In this document: positions 26,261-32,000 of the stretch, in pieces
How the letters are laid out: each line of letters begins with the position of its first letter
Numbering within the stretch: the stretch's first letter is position 1
DNA from: an uncultured Chloroflexia bacterium
GTDB taxonomy: Bacteria > Chloroflexota > Anaerolineae > Anaerolineales > Anaerolineaceae
Assembly: GCA_963704755.1 (NCBI GenBank)
Contig: OY969938.1
Span: 900,001 to 932,000, forward strand
Reading direction: 5' to 3'
DNA: 32,000 nt
The notes under the pieces: model-generated
What the model was told of the DNA's origin: nothing
The model's input: the letters and a program-made list of their open reading frames with translations, nothing else
Databases searched by the model: none
Program-made: the position numbers and the translations under genes

Positions 26261-28003
26261 TCAACCTGGCAATGACCCGCAGGTAAGCAGACACCCCCAA
26301 CTGAGCGGAGACCGGCTATTAAGCTGAGCCTGGCCGGGCAGCAGTTGGTACACTTGCAAAACCGGCAGGCCTTCGACCGAAAACACTTTGACCGGCATGT
26401 AATTTTCCTGGACATACTGGGCGGTTTCGTTCCAATAGCCCGGGCGGTAGAGCAGCAGCACATAAACCGGCGCCTTTTCATCCTGAAAAGCGGCCAGGTC
26501 GTCGGGGTGGATCACCTTCAGATCGGATCGCAGCCAGATTTTGGCGGTGATATCCACCAGGTAGTCCGCCACAGGTGTGTACACCCGCGCGCCCTGGACC
26601 GCATTCTGATCGATCCATTCCATCCCCTGGCGGTACGAAGAGGCCCAATAATCCGTGACTTCGTTCGGGCCAAAATAGTTGCGCGCACCGGCGGTACCGC
26701 CAATCAAGGGGCTGTAATAAATGTACAGGTAAGGGAACAAAGAAACGTAAATCCAGACCAGCGAGAAAACCCAACCGCCAGCGATGGCCGCGGCGATGAT
26801 TCTTTGCAGCTTAACCTGTTTGAATTGGAAGATGAGGAACTGAGCCGCCACCCCGGCCAGGATGGCCGCTGCAGGCACGTATTCCATGTAATGGCGGATG
26901 CCGTCGAAGTTGACCATCCCGGGCATCGAAATACGCACAATCGGCACAATGAGCCAGGCCAGGGCCAAACGCCACCTGGGGTTACGTTGGCGGAACGCCA
27001 TCCACACGGCCAAACCGATCCCCAGCAGCAGTAAGGCCAGCATCCATAAGGGGATAGTCGTCAGCGATTGGATCAACGGCTGCAAATTCCACTGGCCACC
27101 ACTGCTGCGACCGCCTTGCCCGGATATGAAATCAAAATACTTGCGGATCCCGCTGACCGGGTTGTTTCCGACGTAGAGATAAGGCCAACTGCCTACGTAG
27201 ATCCCCAGAGCGGCAACCCCCATGACTGCGTACTGCCAGATATCCCGCAGCCATAAAGAGACTGAAGCCCGCAAAGAACCGGCCGGCAACTTAAACTGCC
27301 ACAGGCCCAGCACCAGGATAAAGGGCACAAAGACCACATTGGCCTTGGTCGCCAGGGCCGCGCCGAAAAGCAGCCCGGCCAGGATAGCCCGCCAGAAGGT
27401 CCGCCGTTTCAACCAGTCTGCGTAAGAGAAAATCAGCAGGCCGATCCAGATTGTCTCAGGCGTATCTTTGGGGTTGAAGTGGATATCGCCCCAAAAACGC
27501 GGGAAAAAAGCCAGGAAGAGGAGCGTAAAGATTGCCGCCGTACTGCCCCACTCGCGTTGGACGAAGCGGTAAAGGAACCACAGGAAAATCACTGCCAGCA
27601 GGATTTTCAAGAAATGAAACGCATCGACCGGATCCATCCAATGCAGGGTATAGCTGAACAGGTACATGCTGCCTGCCGATAGCGTATCTGTGATTGGGGG
27701 AAATTCCTGGGGCGAATTCCGCATCGGAGAGTAAAACAGGTTCAACTCGTCGGCATGCAACGACAGGTCGGCCTTGAAATCGATAAAGTGTTCTTTGAAC
27801 TGGGTCAGGTAGTTGAGGTAGCGTTCGCCAAAGAACAAATTGCCCAAACCCTCATCCCAGGTCAGGCCATAATCCTTGAGCGTCAGGGTTGTGCTCAGAA
27901 AGAATGTCAAAATGATCAGAACGGCCGCCCAATCGTATAATCTTTTATTTCGCTTCGCTTGGGCAGGGCTTGCCGCCGCCAAAACATCTACGCCAGTTTG
28001 CAT
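26261..28003 (-). CDS. GT-C fold membrane glycosyltransferase (GT39 / ArnT-PMT_2-like)
   Basis: The protein has about 580 aa and many TM helices. The first loop reads LKDYGLTWDEGLGNLFFGERY, an Asp/Glu motif after TM1 that is typical for GT-C enzymes. The C-terminal domain is soluble. ATG at 28003 is preferred over the TTG at 28012. The family assignment is from overall look only. Confidence 0.7.
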   Translation of the reverse strand: MQTGVDVLAAASPAQAKRNKRLYDWAAVLIILTFFLSTTLTLKDYGLTWDEGLGNLFFGERYLNYLTQFKEHFIDFKADLSLHADELNLFYSPMRNSPQEFPPITDTLSAGSMYLFSYTLHWMDPVDAFHFLKILLAVIFLWFLYRFVQREWGSTAAIFTLLFLAFFPRFWGDIHFNPKDTPETIWIGLLIFSYADWLKRRTFWRAILAGLLFGAALATKANVVFVPFILVLGLWQFKLPAGSLRASVSLWLRDIWQYAVMGVAALGIYVGSWPYLYVGNNPVSGIRKYFDFISGQGGRSSGGQWNLQPLIQSLTTIPLWMLALLLLGIGLAVWMAFRQRNPRWRLALAWLIVPIVRISMPGMVNFDGIRHYMEYVPAAAILAGVAAQFLIFQFKQVKLQRIIAAAIAGGWVFSLVWIYVSLFPYLYIYYSPLIGGTAGARNYFGPNEVTDYWASSYRQGMEWIDQNAVQGARVYTPVADYLVDITAKIWLRSDLKVIHPDDLAAFQDEKAPVYVLLLYRPGYWNETAQYVQENYMPVKVFSVEGLPVLQVYQLLPGQAQLNSRSPLSWGCLLTCGSLPG

Positions 28004-28051
28004 TGAGACCAACTCGAGAATGGATTTGTTGCCTGGATATTATAAACGGGA

Positions 28052-28130
28052 TAGCGGAGAGCGGTTGACGGAAAGCGGTTAGCGGTTGGCGGTTAGCTGT
28101 TAGCGGTTAGCTGTTAGCGGTTAGCTTTAG
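28052..28130. repeat. heptanucleotide microsatellite (GCNNTTA)n, about 11 units
   Basis: The clearest run is GCGGTTA GCGGTTG GCGGTTA GCTGTTA GCGGTTA GCTGTTA GCGGTTA GCTTTAG (28075-28130). Looser AGCGGNN units precede it. Confidence 0.8.
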
Positions 28131-28133
28131 AGT

Positions 28134-28766
28134 GTAGCCCGGCTTTCTAAGCCGGGGGTATGGCGCACCTCCGGCTACCCATTCATGTAATTAACAAGCC
28201 ATGAAGAGCGGGCTCGGTCTGGAGACCGGCCCGAACAGTAACCAAACATCTCTTCCCATCTGTGTGCATCCGTGCGTATCTGTGGCTAGAGAATCGCTTT
28301 TAGCCGTTAGCGATTAGCTTTTGGTCTTGCTATCCCAAAACGCCCCCTGGCGTAGCCCGGCTTTCTAAGCCGGGGGTACGGCGCACCTCCGGCTGCTCAT
28401 TTATGTAATTAACAAGCCATGAAGAGCGGGCTCGGTCTGGAGACCGGCCCGAACACTAACCAAACATTTCTTCCTATCTGTGTGTATCCGTGAGAATCGG
28501 TGGCTTGAGAATCGCTTTTAGCCGTTAGCGATTAGCTTTTGGTCTTGCTATCCCCAAACGCCCCCTGGCGTAGCCCGGCTTTCTAAGCCGGGGGTACGGC
28601 GCACATCCGGCTACCCATTCATGTAATTAACAAGCCATGAAGAGCGGGCTCGGTCTGGAGACCGGCCCGAACACTAACCAAAATTATCTTCAAATCTGTG
28701 CGCATCCGTGTAAATTTGTGGCGATAAAACTGCTTTTAGCTTTTAGCTTTTAGCTTTTAGCTTTTG
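28134..28766. repeat. tandem repeat, period 218 bp, about 3 units
   Basis: Units start at 28134, 28352 and 28570 with GTAGCCCGGCTTTCTAAGCCGGGGGTA. Each unit contains ...CATGTAATTAACAAGCCATGAAGAGCGGGCTCGGTCTGGAGACCGGCCCGAACA..., a triple-heptamer motif and a GCNNTTA heptad block. Unit 3 ends in GCTTTTA x5. Confidence 0.9.
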
Positions 28767-28810
28767 GTTCATTTATTATCATCTTTATTGAGATTCCTGG
28801 AAAAATTATT

Positions 28811-29023
28811 TCCGGCTTTGAAAGCCGGGCTACAGCTAACCGCTAATTGCTAATTGCTAATTGCGAACGATAAGAGCGGGCTCGGTCTGGAGACCGGCCC
28901 GAACAGTAACCAAGCATCTTTTCTTATCTGTGTGGGTCCGTGTAAATCTGTGGTTAACAAAAAAGCCCGGCCAAGTGACCGAGCCTTTCGCTAATTGCTA
29001 ACAGCTAAACGCTATCAGCTATC
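28811..29023. repeat. inverted and partial modules of the same repeat family
   Basis: There are four modules. 28811-28833: the inverted hairpin module TCCGGCTTTGAAAGCCGGGCTAC. 28834-28868: reverse-orientation heptads AGCTAAC CGCTAAT TGCTAAT TGCTAAT TGCGAAC. 28870-28953: a partial fourth unit. 28989-29023: further reverse heptads. Confidence 0.75.
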
Positions 29024-29027
29024 TTGT

Positions 29028-29091
29028 GCCTCCACAGAGATTCGAACTCTGGTTTTAGCCTTCTGGATACCTCGACGGTATGAAAGGGCTG
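29028..29091 (-). pseudogene. truncated tRNA-Glu copy (positions 27-73 only) with a 19-nt insertion in the anticodon loop
   Basis: Positions 29028-29062 and 29082-29091 are identical to the intact tRNA-Glu at 29131-29165 and 29166-29175. They are interrupted by CTGGATACCTCGACGGTAT. There is no D-arm and no 5' acceptor strand. Confidence 0.75.
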
Positions 29092-29094
29092 AAA

Positions 29095-29126
29095 ATAAAA
29101 AACCCGCCTGGTTAGCGGGTTTTTTC
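29095..29126. terminator. bidirectional rho-independent terminator downstream of tRNA-Glu
   Basis: The sequence is AAAAAACCCGC-CTGGTTA-GCGGGTTTTTT, with A and T runs on both sides. It starts 4 nt after the tRNA 3' end. Confidence 0.7.
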
Positions 29127-29129
29127 GTG

Positions 29130-29202
29130 TGCCTCCACAGAGATTCGAACTCTGGTTTTAGCCTTGAAAGGGCTGCGTCCTGGTCCCCTAGACGATGGAG
29201 GC
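29130..29202 (-). tRNA. tRNA-Glu (anticodon UUC), CCA not encoded
   Basis: I folded it by hand as GCCTCCA TC GTCT AGGGGACCA GGAC G CAGCC CTTTCAA GGCTA AAAC CAGAG TTCGAAT CTCTG TGGAGGC A. The D-arm and anticodon loop closely parallel E. coli tRNA-Glu (GUCUAGAGGCCCAGGAC...CUUUCAC). Confidence 0.9.
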
Positions 29203-29215
29203 GGTAACGGCTGAT

Positions 29216-29244
29216 ATTCTAACGTATAATCTCTTTTCGGTCAA
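29216..29244 (-). promoter_or_regulatory. sigma70-type promoter for tRNA-Glu
   Basis: The minus strand reads TTGACC (29239-29244), a 17-nt spacer and TAGAAT (29216-29221), followed by 13 nt to the tRNA 5' end. Confidence 0.6.
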
Positions 29245-29352
29245 GAAATTGGTGGCAAATTATCCTGCGGGTTTTACCCGGCTTTGGCAGAATAACCACT
29301 CCGGCTTTATACTTGAACTATTCCAATCCATCTAACACTCCGGTGATTCTGC

Positions 29353-30225
29353 ATGAAATCTTCACCTTTGCCATCCAATGATCTTGCCGCAGGTGAGGCA
29401 AGCTCGAGCAATCCCAATTCCCGAAACCTGATTGTCGTAAGGGTTATCTATTTCCTGTTTTTCTCTGGTTTCGGATTAGAGACAGCCTATTTGACCATCT
29501 ATTTCCACTCTCTGGGCCTGAGTGGGGTGAAAATCGGCTATCTATCCGGGACGATCATGCTGGTCGGCCTGGTGATGACCCCCGTCTGGGGTTACCTGAA
29601 TGACATGCTCCAGCGGCCGCGCCTGGTATTGGCCCTGGTGACCATCGGATCTGCCTTCAGTGCCATTTTCTTAGGCAGGGCAGGATCGTTTCCAGCCCTG
29701 GTCGCCGCGTCCGCCGGGTTTGGCCTGTTCTTCAGCAGCCTCATGCCGCTCATCGATCGCCTGAACATGAGCCTGCTCGGCGCGGACAGCCACCGTTACG
29801 CCCAACAGCGCATCTGGGGCTCGATCGGTTTCATCGTCACCACGGTCATTTCCGGGATCATTTTCGACCGGATCAGCCTCCAGCCCATGTTTATCGGCAT
29901 GGCCTTTTTCTTCACCCTGGTGGCTATGCTTTGTTTCCTCCTGCCACGGCCACAGTTGGCCACCCGGTCTGCCTCCAAAGGCGCCCTCATGTCATTCCTG
30001 ACCAAACCGGAATGGGTGCTGTTCACTATCGGCCTGTTCCTGTTGGGCATCCCCACCGGCTGGATGAACAACTTTTTAGGGGTATACATGCGCAACCTGG
30101 GCGGGCGCGAATCACTGGTAGGCTTATCCTTCAGCGTAGGCGCCATCGCCGAACTGCCGGTGATGTATTTCAGCCCGCGGATATTAAGAAGATCGGCATC
30201 CCGGCCATGTTTGGCATCGCCGTAG
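29353..30225 (+). CDS. MFS transporter, N-terminal fragment (authentic to about nt 30185)
   Basis: The hydrophobic 12-TM-type sequence reads RVIYFLFFSGFGLETAYLTIYFHSLGLSG...WGYLND...IWGSIGF. After ...AELPVMYFSPRIL the frame gives RRSASRPCLASP*, while the +1 frame continues as MFS sequence. Confidence 0.8.
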   Translation: MKSSPLPSNDLAAGEASSSNPNSRNLIVVRVIYFLFFSGFGLETAYLTIYFHSLGLSGVKIGYLSGTIMLVGLVMTPVWGYLNDMLQRPRLVLALVTIGSAFSAIFLGRAGSFPALVAASAGFGLFFSSLMPLIDRLNMSLLGADSHRYAQQRIWGSIGFIVTTVISGIIFDRISLQPMFIGMAFFFTLVAMLCFLLPRPQLATRSASKGALMSFLTKPEWVLFTIGLFLLGIPTGWMNNFLGVYMRNLGGRESLVGLSFSVGAIAELPVMYFSPRILRRSASRPCLASP

Positions 30226-30566
30226 TTTCGTCGGTATTGCGTTACGTTTTATATGCGCTCATGCCGGCCGCCGAATGGGCCGTGCCGATCGCGCTGCTCA
30301 ACGGGCTGACCTTTGCTACCTACTGGATCGGATCGGTGGTTTATATCGACCGCATCGCTCCGGAAAACCTGCGCTCCACCGGGCAGACCTTACTGGCGGC
30401 CATCCTGGGACTGGCCAGTGCTTTAGGCGCGCCAATCGGCGGCCAGATCCTCGACCTGGCCGGCGGAGCGGTACTTTTCGCTATCGGAGCCGCCGTGGTA
30501 GGTGCCAGTTACATTTTCTTCCGCCTGGGTTTCAATCGCGAAAGCAAGGCCGGCGTCACGGATTAA
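30186..30566 (+). CDS. MFS transporter, C-terminal fragment (frameshifted continuation)
   Basis: This is the frame of track ORF 29931..30566. Only the part from KKIGIPAMFGIAVVSSVLRYVLYAL...LNGLTFATYWIGSVVYIDRIAPENLRSTGQTLLAA onward looks like TM helices 8-12 of an MFS protein. The first in-frame ATG is at 30207. Confidence 0.7.
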   Translation, partial: KKIGIPAMFGIAVVSSVLRYVLYALMPAAEWAVPIALLNGLTFATYWIGSVVYIDRIAPENLRSTGQTLLAAILGLASALGAPIGGQILDLAGGAVLFAIGAAVVGASYIFFRLGFNRESKAGVTD

Positions 30567-30613
30567 CTAAATTCACCACCTTGCCAATAAACCCGTATCC
30601 CGGATGAAATTTA

Positions 30614-30650
30614 GCGGGTTTTTGAGGCGCAATGTGTCTCAAAAACCCGC
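30614..30650. terminator. 13-bp perfect hairpin between the convergent MFS and lipoprotein genes
   Basis: The sequence is GCGGGTTTTTGAG-GCGCAATGTGT-CTCAAAAACCCGC. Confidence 0.6.
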
Positions 30651-30717
30651 CAGTATCGCCTTCTCTCCTTACCCCGTGTGGGGCGGAGCCGGGGGTTGGG
30701 TGAAAAGGTGCATCGGT

Positions 30718-31668
30718 TTAATTACACGTCAGGTTGAGGTCGTATTCCGGGAAGAGCTGGTGGTTGGGGTTATCGATGTAAACTTTGACCCAGCCACTGA
30801 AGTTGGAATCGACTTCCATATCGTATCCCACGCTGCGCGTGGTGGCGCTATCGAAGGTGATCGACTTGGAATCGGATTTTGTCCCATCCGAGCGTTGCCA
30901 GTAATACGAAACTTCACCTTTGGCAGTGGTCGTAATCGCGGCTGTCAGGTGGAAGGTGTACGGGCAATTCGCAGTGACGTTGGCATTATCCACGCTGACA
31001 GAAACTTTGTTGACTGCAAACGGTACCGAGGTGCTGCCTACCGTAATTTTGACCCAAAACGAGTCTTGCCCATTCGAGCCCAGGCCAAAGCTGGTCCCGC
31101 TGGCATCCTGGAGCTTCCAGTAGCTTTCGTAATCGTCTGCCGTACCCGGCGCAACCATATTGACCGAAATATCGATAGTGTCACCCGGTGCGACTGTGTC
31201 GGGCAAGTTGAAACTGGCCGGAGCGCCCATCGAGACACCGGAATCGAAGACTACCCGATAGCTATTCGTCCAGGTACATGACCCGTTATTCTTCAAACGC
31301 CAGGTTTTGACGAAACTTGCACCGGGAGCAAAAGTGGTCCCATCCGGAACAGTCAAATCTTTCACAAATTCGGCCCGGTTACAGGGCAAAGCCGTAGGGG
31401 CGCCGGCGATGGTTGCCGAGGCCTGGGGAGTGAAAGTCGGTGTAACGGACGAAACCGGCAAAATGGTCGGGGCGCTGGTGATATCTGAAGGCGGAGGGGT
31501 ACCCTGCGGAGCGAGCAGCGTCGAAAGCGCATCCACGGTTTGGGCTGCCGCCGTACTGATCACATCCCCCGTTGGCGTGAGGGCCTGGTTTGGGCGTGGT
31601 AAATTGCAAGACGCCAGTACCAGGGCAGCCATAAGAACAAAGATGAAGAAAACAAATAGCTTACGCAA
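30718..31668 (-). CDS. secreted lipoprotein with an NBR1-type Ig-like (beta-sandwich) domain
   Basis: The lipobox signal peptide is MRKLFVFFIFVLMAALVLASC. A Pro/Thr-rich linker follows. The NBR1-like motif reads CNRAEFVKDLTVPDGTTFAPGASFVKTWRLKNNGSCTWTNSYRVVFDSG...YESYWKLQDASGTSFG. A second beta-rich domain follows. Confidence 0.8.
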   Translation of the reverse strand: MRKLFVFFIFVLMAALVLASCNLPRPNQALTPTGDVISTAAAQTVDALSTLLAPQGTPPPSDITSAPTILPVSSVTPTFTPQASATIAGAPTALPCNRAEFVKDLTVPDGTTFAPGASFVKTWRLKNNGSCTWTNSYRVVFDSGVSMGAPASFNLPDTVAPGDTIDISVNMVAPGTADDYESYWKLQDASGTSFGLGSNGQDSFWVKITVGSTSVPFAVNKVSVSVDNANVTANCPYTFHLTAAITTTAKGEVSYYWQRSDGTKSDSKSITFDSATTRSVGYDMEVDSNFSGWVKVYIDNPNHQLFPEYDLNLTCN

Positions 31669-31694
31669 GAAAAGCTTCTCCTCACTGACAGCAG

Positions 31695-32000
31695 CTATTG
31701 AAGACCACCCCGGGAGCGCAGTAGAACGACTGCCTCCAGGTGACCCTCATCGATGGCGAAGGTCAGCGAGGTTTTTCCTTCCGAATCTCGCGCGTTGACA
31801 TCGGCCTTCGCATCTAATAGCATCTGCAATATGGTGACGTCACCGTTTTGGGCGGCGGCGTGCAAAGGGACGAAATCACCTGACTGGCGCACATTCACAT
31901 CTGCGCCGTAATCGATCAGCCGCCGGACGATTTGTTCGTTCCGGCCGGCCACCGCTGAATGTAGCGGGGTTACGTGAGAGATATTGTACGCCGGCTGGTT
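31695..32000 (-). CDS. ankyrin-repeat protein, C-terminal part (ORF continues beyond the right edge)
   Basis: ANK repeats are readable: TPLHSAVAGRNEQIVRRLIDYGADVN, VPLHAAAQNGDVTILQMLLDAKADVN and TSLTFAIDEGHLEAVVLLRSRG. The frame stays open to position 32000. The gene is 26 nt upstream of the lipoprotein gene on the same strand. Confidence 0.8.
   Translation of the reverse strand, partial: NQPAYNISHVTPLHSAVAGRNEQIVRRLIDYGADVNVRQSGDFVPLHAAAQNGDVTILQMLLDAKADVNARDSEGKTSLTFAIDEGHLEAVVLLRSRGGLQ

Noticed and set aside
28200-28745. Tandem small ORFs starting at ATGAAGAGCGGG in each 218-bp unit: MKSGLGLETGPN(S/T)NQ... with variable Cys-containing tails. These could be imagined as multi-copy RiPP precursor peptides.
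   Set aside because: There is no Shine-Dalgarno before the ATG. Copy 2 stops after 24 codons and the fourth copy lacks the ATG. The variable positions follow the 10-nt spacing of the triple-heptamer DNA motif and show no codon periodicity. No maturation enzymes are nearby.
28134-28953. Whether the regularly spaced repeats (218-bp array, also the 306-bp and 100-bp arrays) could be CRISPR arrays.
   Set aside because: The whole period is conserved from unit to unit, so there is no alternation of short identical repeats with unique spacers. The periods are far too long, and no cas genes or leader are present.
29063-29081. Similarity between the insertion hairpin ATACC-TCGAC-GGTAT and the TetR operator TATACCG-NN-CGGTATA.
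   Set aside because: Only the 5-nt arms match and the spacing differs (5 versus 4 nt between ATACC and GGTAT). The flanking T/A and G/C positions of the operator are not kept. This is most likely coincidence.
29028-29202. The tRNA-Glu plus its direct partial repeat as the boundaries of a resident genomic island or prophage.
   Set aside because: The two copies are only about 40 bp apart and separated by a terminator. No integrase, excisionase or phage or ICE genes occur anywhere in the window. At most this is a scar.
28995-29207. A 70-aa plus-strand ORF spanning the tRNA-Glu region.
   Set aside because: It overlaps the tRNA gene, its truncated copy and the terminator on the opposite strand, and its translation shows an internal repeat (CASTEIRTLVLAF / CLHRDSNSGFSL) that mirrors the duplicated tRNA sequence.

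Overview
This is a 32-kb chromosomal segment, moderately GC-rich by eye, with no mobile-element, CRISPR or defence genes that I can recognise. The protein content includes a GT-C/GT39-like membrane glycosyltransferase, an NBR1-type Ig lipoprotein, DegV and an ankyrin protein. Together with a leaderless consensus promoter, this suggests a Chloroflexota/Anaerolineae-like bacterium, but that is only a guess.

Layout:
- Left: a partial membrane protein, murJ, rsmI, a TetR-controlled GH13 alpha-glucan hydrolase and degV.
- Centre: a large nitrogen-assimilation cluster. In order it holds gltB-gltD, a dual-receiver LuxR-type response regulator plus a triple-GAF histidine kinase, glnA, amt, an ArsB/NhaD-type permease and glnE.
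- Right: the glycosyltransferase, a long repeat-filled non-coding region, tRNA-Glu(UUC) with a truncated duplicate, an MFS transporter, a secreted NBR1-like lipoprotein and a partial ankyrin-repeat gene.

Most interesting observations:
1. GlnE is about 280 aa longer than the characterised enzymes. It appears to carry a GlnD-like tandem ACT module between its two nucleotidyltransferase halves. No PII or GlnD gene lies in the cluster, and amt has no adjacent glnK.
2. A GAF-kinase/dual-REC regulator operon is embedded between gltBD and glnA.
3. Three separate tandem arrays have periods of about 100, 306 and 218 bp and are built from shared hairpin modules. Two of them begin inside the 3' end of a CDS and reiterate its last codons, its stop codon and (for degV) its terminator. 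Two of the arrays (about 306 and 218 bp) also share a phased triple-heptamer motif (ATCYGTG spaced 10 nt).
4. A perfect TetR operator palindrome overlaps two sigma70-type promoters.
5. A 3' fragment of tRNA-Glu carries a 19-nt hairpin insertion at the 37/38 position.

Three genes (the kinase, the permease and the MFS transporter) are each split by an apparent single-base frameshift. That pattern suggests indel errors in the assembly at least as strongly as real pseudogenes.

All calls rest on reading the translations and the sequence by eye. No database search was possible, and domain boundaries are approximate.
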